A stretch of DNA of 64,000 bases from Octopus vulgaris. Taxonomy: Eukaryota. Shown here piece by piece: positions 38,706-52,561 of the stretch. The first letter of the stretch is position 1, and every line of letters begins with the position of its first letter. The translations under genes were made by a program, and so were the position numbers. The notes under the pieces are model-generated. The model ran no database searches. It saw nothing but the letters and a program-made list of their open reading frames with translations, and was not told the DNA's origin. The stretch lies in the NCBI GenBank assembly GCA_951406725.2, contig OX597826.1, forward strand, positions 25,048,001-25,112,000. Direction: 5' to 3'.

Positions 38706-39415
38706 AGAAAAATAAGAACGAAATGATTTAATGAAAGAAAAGTACTGAGACAAAAAAGACGAAATACACTGTCTTAAAATTAGTTTGATTATGGAGTTTA
38801 ATTAGTCAATCAAATTTGAAGAATATAATAAAATTTTATTGAATTGTTTTCTCCATATATAATTTTATTTAACGATTTCTCGTAAAATCATTGAAAGCTT
38901 CAATTTGATTATTGGTTTTCTCAATATGCACCCATATAGCTACAAATACACTCATCTACATACACGCACACGCGCGCACATACATCGACACGGCTTTGAT
39001 ACATATAACCACGCAACATGCAAAAGAACAAAAAAAAAACACAATTAAAAAATAGAAAATGAAAACTCTCACATGTATCATTTGTTTAATTGGTGTGTTA
39101 ATTTTTTTGTTTTATTGTTGTTCTTCATTATTGTTTTGCACAACTTTAGAACACATTAGTGCTTTCCACGATAGCTTGGCTTTCGATTGACATTATCCAC
39201 CGCACCAATGTACATACATACATACATACATACATACATACATACATACATACATACATACAAACATACATACATACATACAAACATACATCAAATGCAC
39301 CAACATACCACACTGCACAGCATTATTGCACACTGCTGAACACTGAACTAAAATGCTGCCGCTAAAGTCTCCGATAATACTAGCATTACCTACTCACGCA
39401 ATATATAAAATTTTC

Positions 39416-39466
<51 letters not shown>

Positions 39467-40285
39467 TTCTAACAATTTTCTAACATGGGAGGCGTAAAGC
39501 CTCAAATTTAGGGAAGTATCAACTACGGAAAGATTAAATGAAAAGTTGGCATCGCCGGCATTTGAACTCCGACCGTAAAGAGCTGGAACAAATTCAGTTA
39601 CTCGACAATAATAATTGATATCATTAAATATCATTAAACAATTGGAAGAGAGGTGGATTGACAGAATCGTTAGAGCATCGGATAAACTACTTTAAGAGTA
39701 TTTGTTCGGTACTTAACATTCTGAGTTCAAAACCAGCTGCGATCGACTTTTTTTTTCATTCTTTCAGGTTCATTAAAACAAAGTAGCAGTCGAGTGCGAG
39801 GGTTAATTTCATTGGCAAGACTTCTCCCACGGCACCAAACGTCTGTTCTTATGCCTGATTAAGAAAATATTATCAAAAAAAATATACAGATTTGCATTGA
39901 TATGAAAGCTGGAAGACAATTAGTCAAAAATAATCAACAAAGAATTATATTTAAGTTAGTCTTAACACACCTAATTAAAAATAATAACCATTAGGCCTCA
40001 TTATTTATTTAATACTTACTACGTTAAATATTATTACTCTGAGCAATAATATCTCGCGTGGGTCAGTTATTACCGCAATAGATGAGAAGAAAGACATGAA
40101 CAACACAGTATCGAGCAATCATTTAGAGACTCCTGCGTTGGTTCTGTAGCGTTCTTCTTGTTCCCAATGAAGAGACATCGTAGTAACTGATACAGCTGAT
40201 TGATAGGAGTAACAGAAACAAGGTGTTAGCGTAATGTTACCAATAAAGACATAGCTATATTCTTTAGTGCATTTTAATTGTTACA

Positions 40286-40342
<57 letters not shown>

Positions 40343-40544
40343 AACCAGAACCGGAGCTAAGGTAATAATTCTGGCTGCAAAATCAGGCCCTAGGCCGTTA
40401 TAATTTATGATATCTACGATACCGAATTAGCTCTGGTTCCAGTTGGCTAAATAAATTATACATTATACTCATGGTTGCTAAGTATTCTTTCTTTTATTCG
40501 TTGACTCTAATTATACATATACATATACATACAAACATACATAC

Positions 40545-40590
<46 letters not shown>

Positions 40591-40806
40591 TTGTAACCGT
40601 TTCACGAGCGAAACTGAAAGTACTCAATATGCTGTGTAGTACTGAATACATTATTTATTATTATGGAGTAGCTAAATTTCCATACTTCTCCATGACTTTG
40701 CAAGTTTCTTCTACACGAAGAAGAATGTATGGTGTATGGAATTTAAAATCAAAGGAAAATAAGTAATATTTATCTTATTATTTACAATACAAGCATTGAC
40801 ACACAA

Positions 40807-40838
<32 letters not shown>

Positions 40839-41277
40839 ACACATACATAAAAACACGTATATATCTGCGCGGGTGAAATAGGTGAGACCAATGGGTTGTA
40901 TTAAGTGCAAATAGAAATATTAATGACGGAAGAGTAGGACCGTTTAAAACTTGGAGACAATATACGGCAGCAGCAACACCAGTCAATGCATTTGCATACA
41001 TGTATATACACACACCATTGAACTCATATCGCCCAATCGCATTCCAAATGTGATTATGTTTGTGTGTGTATGTATGTATGCATATGTATGTGTGTGTGTA
41101 TATATATATATCTTTATATATATATAAATATACATATCTATATATATATATATACATATATATATAAATATATATATTAATATACATATATACATCTATA
41201 TATATAAATGTGCATATATACACACATATATATACGTGTATATATAAGAATGTACATACAGACATATACAGATACAC

Positions 41278-41358
<81 letters not shown>

Positions 41359-42040
41359 TATATATATTTATATATACACATACCTACACATTGACACAGA
41401 CAGAAGTGTACATAGAATCACACACATCCATATATAGTAAGCACATATGCATGCACAAACACTCAACCACACGCATACCTACACCCACACTCATACATAC
41501 ACATGCACGTACACGCATAGTCACCCACCTCTTTACACCTACCCAATACCTCACTGCACCTCACTGCATCATTGTTGCCCATTCTTTCCATTCCTACTTT
41601 AAGTCGCTTCACATTGCATCGACAGTTCCTAGGGCTGCTTGAAAATTAATAATAATAGAGAAATAGATATACACACTAATGCTTCTTCCTTACTTTCATT
41701 CTCTTTTTCTTCTTTTTTTTTTTGCACACGGCCCAAATTCCATCATATTAAAATATCTTTGTACATTTTATATCTGAACTGACCGGCGCCATTAATCTTG
41801 CTGAAAAGTTAGCAAAAACACTAGCTTCTATAACGGCAGCAGTACCAGTTTTTTAAGCACCATCCAGCAACCATTTGTTTCTCTGGGCTACACTGTTTAT
41901 CTATTTATTTATTTATCTTTTTATATATTTATAAATTTATTTTCAACAATCGGGCAGTGTTCATCCGTGACTACCTTTATGACTATTTAGCTTTTATTTC
42001 TTTGACGTAGTGGTGGTGGTGGTGGTGGGAGGTGATGAAC

Positions 42041-42075
<35 letters not shown>

Positions 42076-42185
42076 CAATAATGCAGTTGAAGTACTTGGG
42101 ATAGTCTTAGTCTTATTTGGGCTGCGGAGGCGGTTGTCGTTGTTGGCGTTGGTGGAGTTAATGCATTACGTGATTCAATAATATC

Positions 42186-42238
42186 TGCGAGAGAGAGAGA
42201 GAGAGATAGAAAGATGGAGAGAGAGAGAGGCATAGAGA

Positions 42239-42277
<39 letters not shown>

Positions 42278-42445
42278 TGTGTGTGTGTGTGTGAGAAATA
42301 GCTAGATAGACGGAGAGAGAGAGAGAGAGAGAGAAAGAGAAAGTGTGTGTGTGTGAGAAATAGATAGATATACGGAGAGAGAGAGAGAGAAAGAGAAAGT
42401 GTGTGTGTGAGAAATAGATAGATAGATGGCGAGAGAGAGAGAGAA
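42186..42445. repeat. Higher-order compound repeat of (GA)n-AAG-(TG)n-AGAAATAG units
   Basis: Three clear units of about 50-60 bp with varying internal microsatellite lengths. Confidence 0.8.
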
Positions 42446-43699
42446 GCAAACAGACAGACAGACAGAGAAAGAAAGAGAAAGAAAGAGAAAGAAAGGGAAT
42501 GTGTGTGTGCGTGTCGAAATATGGGTGCGATCAAACTCCTGTCCAACCGGGATTAAATTTGTGCCTCCAGGGGGTCAATGCATGTGCGATAGACAAACAG
42601 TAGAGATCGATCAAATTCACTATTAACCTACCCGTACCCGATTCAAAGACCTATAACATCCGACTCAGGCAAATATTAGATTCAGCAGATTTGCTTCACT
42701 AATTGAAATTAAATGATGATATTAATGACGACAATGATGATGATGAGGAGGAGGAAGAGGAGGAGGATGTTGATAATGTTAATAAGGAGGAGAAGGATTT
42801 AGTACACTGGTTCACGTTCACACTTTCGTTTCTGTAACAGAAGTGTATTCGACTGACTCGTCGTTCCTCCCCGCACTATATTACTGGTACATAATTTATG
42901 CATTTTCGACGGAGTTCTTAATTTCATCAAAATTTCGTAAAAAAATCTAAAACATGATGAGGTAATTGACTTTCCTATGTATGTGTGTGTGTATGTGCGT
43001 GTGTGTGTCTGTGTGTATGTGCGTGTGTGTCTCTGTGTGTATGTGCGTGTGTGTGTGTGTAATAGTTACCGCTGGTTTGTGAATGAGGAAGAAAGTATTT
43101 AAGATACGGTAGAGAGTATATGGTATATAAAAATGGATTGAATATTTCACGCTCCAGCGATCATCAGGTTACACACACACACATACACACACACGTACGT
43201 ATGTATGTATGTATGTATGTATGTATGTATGTATGTATGTATGTATGTGTGTATGTATGTATGTATGTATGTATGTATGCGTGTGTATGTATGTATGTAT
43301 GTATGTATGTATACAATTACACACATAATAATGAAAATATTTTTTAATTATCAAACACACGAGAAAGGTAAGATGACAAATATTCTCAATTTCAGGTGAT
43401 ATTCCTAATTAGGATGTCGCTATGCTATCACCGATCTCTTTCACTTGTAACATGATAGATTAAAACATGAACGAAAGTAGTAAATTGCTAAAACTGTTCA
43501 TGAACGTAGACTAGCAGAATATAGTTAAGCTTCTCTTTTTTTATTCTTTACACTTTGAGTTCGAATCCCGCCGAAGTCAGCCATTATAATTTTTATTTTA
43601 CTCCTTCTTGAGTTCATTAGTTCACTAGTTACGTATTAGTTACTTGATCGACTAAACGCTACCCACTACGAAATGTAGGTTTTTGTGACTATATTATTA

Positions 43700-43703
<4 letters not shown>

Positions 43704-43745
<42 letters not shown>

Positions 43746-43746
43746 G

Positions 43747-43800
<54 letters not shown>

Positions 43801-43944
43801 TCGTCCGTCTTTACGTTCTGAGTCGACGGGGTCGACTTTGCCCTTTCAGGATCGATAAATAAAGTACCAATGAAATACTAGGACCGATGTAATCGAATAA
43901 TCCCCTCCCCCAAAATATCAGGCCTTGTGCCTTTAATAGAAAGG

Positions 43945-44001
<57 letters not shown>
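43704..44001 (+). mobile_element. 5'-truncated Nin-like SINE (about 43800-43945) between (ATT)n arrays
   Basis: CGTCTTTACGTTCTGAGT..GTCGACTTTGCC..GATCGATAAATAAAGTACC..AGAAAGG followed by (ATT)n. Confidence 0.75.
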
Positions 44002-44004
<3 letters not shown>

Positions 44005-44202
44005 TGTTGTTGCAACTCAGTTTAAGACAGATATCTCCAAGCTTATCTTCAAGCTTGAGATTTGGTAAGATAGATAGATAGATAGATTGACAGACAGATA
44101 GATAGATGGAGAGGGAGGGAGAGAGAGGGAGAGAGAGGGAGAGAGAGAGAGAGAGAGATTAATAAGAAAACTAAACTCTTCAGAGACTAGTGGTGACTGT
44201 AC

Positions 44203-44257
<55 letters not shown>

Positions 44258-44584
44258 CATCTATCTATCTATCTATCTATCTATCTATTTATATTTATAA
44301 ATGGTCACTTTGAGAAATTATCGAGAGAGATTGAGTGAGAATGATTAATTATAATGGAAACATTCTAGCATAGATGGAGACAGGTTAAAACTGACTGTAT
44401 TCGTGCTTGGATTTGTGGATATACATAGCAACAGACAGACTTAAAGGTAGAAAAGGAAAAAAGAATATACATAGATTTGGAGATAGGTAGGTAGACAGCT
44501 GATGACCTCACAGACATAAATAAACAAAAAGATTCATTCATTCCAGCAAACCTAAAAGATGGTGCATTTCTATACATACATACA

Positions 44585-44671
<87 letters not shown>

Positions 44672-44779
44672 TTATAATCTTTTAGCTATTTTCTGTATGG
44701 CTTTTGAATCAATGAATGTGTTTGTATCTTTATATCTATCCAGTCTGTTTATCTATAAATGCATGTACAAACTCACAGG

Positions 44780-44807
<28 letters not shown>

Positions 44808-44810
<3 letters not shown>

Positions 44811-44952
44811 CTATACAATATGTTACATTACTCGGTAGTCAAGATAAAACTCTGAGTTTCAGATGCCGAAGTGGAAATCGGATTTCCACTTCGGCATCTG
44901 AAACTCAGAGTTTTATCTTGACTACCGAGTAATGTAACATATTGTATAGATA
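44808..44952. repeat. Perfect palindrome, 72-bp arms, 1-nt loop, derived from a hammerhead-bearing pLTR-like repeat
   Basis: 44808-44879 is the exact reverse complement of 44881-44952. The right arm and its continuation to about 45000 match 34125-34250 inverted. Confidence 0.95.
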
Positions 44953-45099
44953 AATTTCCTCTATTTACATAATATTGAGGTCTCTTTCTTTCTTTTGTTA
45001 TCTTACCGTTTTATCAATATATATATATCTATATATATATACACACATCAAGATGAAGAGAGAGTGAGAAAAGAGAAAGTAAAAGAGAGATGACACTAT

Positions 45100-45110
45100 T
45101 AGTAGTAGTG

Positions 45111-45183
<73 letters not shown>

Positions 45184-45208
45184 CAGCAGCAGCAGCAGCA
45201 GCAGCAGC
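45100..45208. repeat. Compound (TAG)n(CAG)n trinucleotide repeat
   Basis: Seen directly. Source of the poly-V/poly-A ORF. Confidence 0.95.
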
Positions 45209-45365
45209 TGTTGTTTTAGTGTTATTAATGAAAGAGAGGATAGAGGGCTGTTATTATGGAAGAATTTGGAAAGATAACATTAATACGGACGAATGAAGAA
45301 CATACGAAATAGAGGGAGAGAAAGAGAGACTGAAATAGAGAAAGAGCAAGTAGAGAAAGAGAATG

Positions 45366-45403
<38 letters not shown>

Positions 45404-45534
45404 AAGGGGAGGTTAGGATAAGAGGAAGGGAATGAGGTAAAGGGACGATGGAAGAATCTCAGATGATCAGGTCAGCTGAGTGATGAAGAAATCTTAACTA
45501 TTTGTTTGGGTGTTGCGTGTGCGTGAGCGTGTGC

Positions 45535-45610
<76 letters not shown>

Positions 45611-46408
45611 CTGTCTGTCTGTGTGTCTATATATGCAAATGATAAGGGAAAGAAAATCAAACGAACCGAACCACACATTTTGCAATTCGTAATCTTCTAG
45701 TTCGCCATTTCGTTTTTTTCTTTTTTCTTTCTCATGCACTCAACCCCCTTCACTCAAACATTCTCATACTTACACTCATACCTACACTCCTCATACACTC
45801 ACATGCGCGCCCGCGCGCATTCTCACATCCATTCTCAAGCTACTTCTCTACCTCAGTTAGTTTCTCTTCTGTTTACCTTACATTTCCGGAAGGTGATATT
45901 AGTAAAATGCAAAAACAGTCACGGCGGGGGAGCGAGGGGGGGGGGGGAGAACAAAAACACGGAAAATTAAATATACAGGGCTACTTCTTAAATAAATAAA
46001 TAAATGAATAAATAAATAAATAAATAAAATAAAATGAAAAAGAAGAGCAAACAACAAAAAATGAAAAAAGAACTCGTTTCTAACACTCAGCAAAACTCAA
46101 TTTTACAGCACGATCGTACCATTTTATTTCGCACAGTGTGTGTATGAGTGTGTATTTTAATGTCTTATCCCCCCCCACCACCACATCCTACACTAAAAGC
46201 CTTCTTTCACTTATCTCGACAATCCCCTCCCTGGCATTTTCTGAAACTCCACCATCGCCAACTCCCGCCCCAAGACATCCTTGCGTACTGTTGCTTAACT
46301 TTCTTTGCTAAAAATAAAACTTTATACACAGTCCGTGCACTATGCACCCACATATACATTATATATGTTTGTATGTGTGTGTGTCAGTGTATATACATAC
46401 ATACATAT

Positions 46409-46466
<58 letters not shown>

Positions 46467-46570
46467 GTATATACATATATACATATATATATGTGTGAGT
46501 GTCAGTATATATGTATATATACACATAAATATTTATATATATATATATATATACATACATACATATATAT

Positions 46571-46620
<50 letters not shown>

Positions 46621-47118
46621 TCGTGTGTGTGTGTAAAATACATGCTCACACGTATATAATCACGAGTCGTAGACACAAAAATAGAGATAGATACATAAAC
46701 ACTCACACATCCATACACACAACTATACTCATAACCGCAAGCACACAGACGAAAAGAATTCCTGTAGCTACTGTCATCTTTACTAAAAGCAAAGTAGTTA
46801 GCAGTCTAAGACTTCAGGATACGCTATCGAATCCATGCCATATAAGGCCAGGTGTAACCAAATAACTAACTTCTACCAAGGATCGTACCATTTTTGAGTT
46901 CGGTGTTATATATATATATATATATATAGATATATATAGTTTCAGCTACTTGATTTTCCTCAAAAATGTGTCTGTGAGAGATTTACGAAATAAATTTTTT
47001 TAAATATATAACTTCTTCCGAATAGAAAGTAAAAGATATATCGGCATTTATTTGTTATTGTTTACACGACTGCTATTATTATTATTATTATTATTACTAC
47101 GACTACTACTACTACTAC

Positions 47119-47197
<79 letters not shown>

Positions 47198-48233
47198 TAT
47201 TCAACTTCTTTCGCTTTTCGTAAACTGAATATTATTTGTATTTGCATTAGAATTAAGGATGGGGGTGAAGGATATGAGTTCATTTGGTAAAAAAAAAAAT
47301 AATAAAAAAAAACAAAGGCAGGCAAAATAATTATGTTGTACTCCTCTGGTGTACATTAATGTGTATTCGATCCTTGTTGAGGTCGATAAAAAGAAAAATG
47401 AATCAGTAATTTACAGGTGCCGAATCAATCGTTTATCCTGCCACATAAATTGGGAGTTGACTAGTGGAAAATATTATTATTATTATTATTGCTGAACACA
47501 ACTCAGGTTTCCTATACGACAAATATCCTTGGCCTTTATCTTGTTCGCTTAACGATTTTATCCTGTCAGCCAGGGCTCATAAGTAGGGGGTTCAACTGGT
47601 ACATCTATCGGATCCCGGAGTGCTAAGTAGAGGGGTTTAAGGCTGTGATTATATGACGAATCTCTCCCCACAAAAGCCCCACCAAAACTTCATACCTTGC
47701 TGTATTTCGAGAGAGGTTTCCTCCCCGGACCCTAAAACAGTTCTTTTTTTCACTTCGCAAAATTTGTCAGTGATCCTGCTCTCACTCTCATAGATATTAT
47801 TCCCTGAATTTACGCAAAAAATTATTGTGTAACTTATTTAACCCCAGGCCAGCTTAGATCCAATTGACCTATGATATAAGGCTCTTCAGCCGCAGCACTG
47901 TCTAATGTTTGTTTCCTTACGCTTGCTTTTTAAGCTCGTAGGGTGTGATTTAGGGGAATGCTACTATCGCTGCTGTTAATGCAAAAAGTTCTTAGTGCAG
48001 CAATTCTTAGCGACCTGCTTTCGATTCTCAGCAAAAACTATTTTGACCTCACATTCTTAAAATGTTATTACCTTTGAGGGTAGGCATGAACATCACAACT
48101 CATTCTAAAAATAAAAGGCCTGTATTTGTCTCACCGTGAAAAAAGGAAACCGGTGTCATTTGATTAGGCCCACCATCATATCGACTAAATAAGAAACATG
48201 AAATGCCTTTTCACAAGGGTATATATGTATATG

Positions 48234-48298
<65 letters not shown>

Positions 48299-51200
48299 GC
48301 TTACACGGTTATGAAACAGACTTAGATCAAATTCCAACACTTCCTATCCTTTTAACTCCTACTTCTATAACTCATAAATGATATTGCATATATATATATA
48401 TATATATATATAGTATATTTGGTACTTAAATGTGGCTATATATATATATATATATATATATGCATGCATGTATGTATGCATGTATGTATAGATATGTGTT
48501 GCTGTTGCTACTGCTGACAGCAGGCAGGTGGCACTTTTGATGGTCGTGTGCCGGTTTTGGTTAAGTGAAAGATGCTAGTGGCCTCCCATTCTTCTTCTTC
48601 CTCAACATCAACCCTTCCTTCATTGTCACCGCCTCCGCCACCTTCTCGTCCACGCTTTTCTCTAGTTCTTTCCTCACCCCTCATTCCTGCTCTTTCTCTC
48701 TCTCTCTCTTTCTCTTTATATATATATATATATATATATTTATATACATTCGAGTATCTCTTACGCAATCTGGAAGGATTTAAAAGCATCTCTCACCGAC
48801 AAAAGCAGTTATGGAATTTCTAAGATGATGCCGAGGTCGGTTGATGCTCTTCACGTTGATTCCACTATTACAGTTTGCTTCCTTGAATTCCTTAAATAAA
48901 CAATCGGTCAGAGTGAGAGAAAGAGATACAAAGAGATAGGCAGACAGAGAACCAGAAGGGGTAGAAGGAAGAAGTGGATAGAAAGAGGAGGAGAGACGAA
49001 GAGGGAGGTATGTGAGAGGTGATCTGTGTTACAGCTACTATTATCACCTGAGTGTATATTTTGGCAAAAGACCACTTTACTGAGACTGAGGGAAGAGGTG
49101 GGGTACTTAGTTAGTAAGTTAGTTAGTTAGCAAGCAAGCAACTCAGGTAGAAGGATGTGGGTGTGTGAAAGAATGATATGGAAATGAAAGCGAAAGAGTG
49201 AAAGAGGAATGTCAGAGAGGTGGAAGGAGAGAGGGAGAGAGACTAAGAGAGAAGGAACCAGCTGAAATTGCCTTTCATGGTTAGAGCAACCTGATTAAAT
49301 ATAACAAGAGATCTACTGAATTTCAACTTCCTAGAACACAAGAAGCAACTTTGAACGCGTTTTACCCAAATATGAAGCGATTCTCAGAATTGCTATTTCA
49401 TTCAAGAAACAACCTTTTTTCAGATCTATATTAGTTTCTTGACGTTTTGACTCAACCTATTCCGAAGATTTATTTTCGTAACTTTCATTTATTAATTCTT
49501 CCTTTTCTAGCGACATTAATTGCATAACTTAAGTGAAATGAAGTGAAATAGTTATAACCAGGAACTAAAAATGAATCAGACAAAATTCCTCAAGATATTG
49601 GTTCTTGACATTTTTTTTTACCTCATCTATATTGCAAAGGAAAAGAAAAAGAAAATCTAAAATTTATATACCATGATTTCTAAAATCTATGTTCTGAATT
49701 CTTATAATAATTCTACGCGATAATAATAATATATAGGCTCATATATAAAAAGAAACGAAACACAAATTATTTTGCTTTCTGAAAAAAAAACCTCAACGCA
49801 AAAACATCTGTTATAATTTATTGTCATATTTATCAATAAAATCAATTGTGTTTATACCTATGTATTATTTATAGTGTTAGCTGCTTTACAGAATCGATTT
49901 GAAATTGATCGTTTTTTAGAAACATTTTATAGGTTTCTAATGTTGGTATTCAAGAATGAAATTATCATTGATTTCATCTTTTGAATTTCATCTTTTAAAT
50001 AAGTTATCATAGGTATTTTATCGATTCTTACTTAATTTTAAAGAAGATCTGTGAAAATCTCTTTATAACAAAATGATAAATTGAAAATAAAGCCGTCCAT
50101 TCTATTCTATTTACTTATGTCAAACTAAGCAGATTTTATAAGAGATACGTTTTGTCTTGTTTGTTTGTTTTTTTTGCTACAAATGACTGACGATTCTTAT
50201 CGATCTCATCTAAAGTCGAAACAAATAAATTCAGGTAAAAGCATATACATTATTCAGAAATGAAGTATCAACAGATTTCCTGTATTGCGTTCACTAGGAT
50301 CAGTTGAGACTTGAAAAGTTATCTTAACAATTATATATTACTGTAGATGGCTACTGTGGTAAGAGGAGACACTTCATAACATTGATAAACAAACAGGAAG
50401 ATAGGGCCATGATAGTCTATCTCTTCCAATTGGTAGTGATCACAGCTCACTACCAATAAGGGGTTAGCATTTATCAGCTTTTCGGTTCATGTATAGACGC
50501 CGATATTAAATGGGACTGAGAACATATTTCAATACAAACAAAAGTACGGTTATGAGTTGAGATAAAAATACCTGTAATATACTCAGGAATCGTTTTGGTT
50601 AGAAATAATCGTGTCATGCTTGACTATGTATGCCAAGTTATTTAAAAGATATTTCTTTAGCTCAGCTTGTATTACTAGTTACAAAACTTACGGCAGCGAT
50701 TCCTATGCACGCATTGAACCGAAGCCATAAATGGTTTTGAATCTCACTTGAAACCGTTTAATTCCATTTACATCACTAAAATCTATGAAAGTGCGTGAAT
50801 GTAAAACAAAATGTCACTTTTTCTCATTCTATAAACAGAAAGTTCATTTATGTATGCGTCTCTATGCACACACACACACGTTATACTATTTGATGCGAAT
50901 GACATGTGAGATAAACTCTTTTTAAACTAGATGGTAGATGCATGCCAATATCATCTAATATTCGTTTGCTAATACACACCACAAGATAAGGTAATTAGAA
51001 GTGACATCTGTGATCGTATCTATGTGTGTCGACATTGTATTTTATCAATTCCGTAATCTCAAGAAGAAAAAGGCATTAGGAGTATGCATATATATATATA
51101 TATATATGTCTTAACTAACATCTTGAAAATAACTGGACCGAGACTGGTTTCCTTTTATAGACTCAATTCCGCATCTTCTATTTCATTTCAAACTTACTGA

Positions 51201-52472
51201 CTACAAGATTACAGAATGAATACTGTAGACGTACTAACTGCTACACTGTGGTATCAATTATTGACATGGAAGGCCTAATCTAATAGCATTTATGTAGGAA
51301 GTCTCCTGTGATCTCTCGGGTTGTGTTGGAACGTCAAGGCTAAAGACGGTATCGGTTTTAGGTGGGTTTTTTTTTAGATAACTCAGCTTGGTATCCTTCT
51401 CTCACATAGAGCGTGTTCATACAAATTCTTTCCACTCAGTGCTAAGAGTTAACAAAGACCCAAACTGTAGCCGTCAGGAGGGACGGCAAAGCCTAATAAC
51501 CTAGTACAGAGCCTTAACTAAATTAGTAAGAGAAAAAGAGGTAAGTATCCGGAAACCGAGTCTGAATACATACAAGGGAGTGAACTCCGCAAAAGACACC
51601 TCAGGTGCCAGATGATGGTGTTTATCACCCGAGTAGACTATGGTGGGATTTGAACTCAGAATGTAAAGAGCCGGAACAAATACCATAAAGTATTTAATCT
51701 GATATTCTTACAGTTCTGCTAGTTTATCACCTTAGATCGATACTTTCTTTAATTGATCCCAAGAGAATGAGAATCAACATTGATCTCAGCGGGATTTGAA
51801 AGTAAGCTGTACTTGAATTAATGTTAATAAAGATATTTACACAGAAACAAAACTCTGTTTAGATGTACAGAGACAGAAGAATACGACAGAATCAGAGCTG
51901 TTCTCTTCTCAAAGACATGAAAAGTCGTAAATGAAATAAGACATAAAATGGCTGCAATCGGAAGTGAAACTAGACAGCAGGCTCATTTCACCGGAAGTTT
52001 TATCTCTTACCTAATGGCGATGTCTACAATGATGGAAGCGATACATTATATATTGATTGTTTCTGTGGTCTCCAGGTTACAGATATGTTTGTAGAGGAAG
52101 AGGAAGAACGGGGGATATTGTATATTCATCTATTTTCTAAAAGCATTAGCAGTGTTAGAAAATGAATTGGCTAAAAAGAAAAAAAAAGAAAGGAAAATCC
52201 CCTCAAAACAAACAAAAACAAGTGTCAGTCGTGAACCATTAGCATATTAGATATCCATAGATTAAATTGGGAATGTATAAAAGATTAGATTGATGTGATG
52301 AGGGAAGGAATGCAACATTAATCATTTGCTACAAGTCTAATTTCCTCAAATGATGTGTTGATAAAATGTTTTTATATTGTGAAAATTATTCGATTATTTT
52401 TATACATTGAGATCTAAATTTATTAGATTTAGAGGAAGTAAGTAGAAAAGTTAGGGCCTCATTTGGTTATAT

Positions 52473-52561
<89 letters not shown>

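Noticed and set aside
46308-46317. MEF2-like CTAAAAATAA sites in intron 1 (also near 48105)
   Set aside because: Plausible for a muscle gene but expected by chance in DNA this AT-rich. No conservation data.
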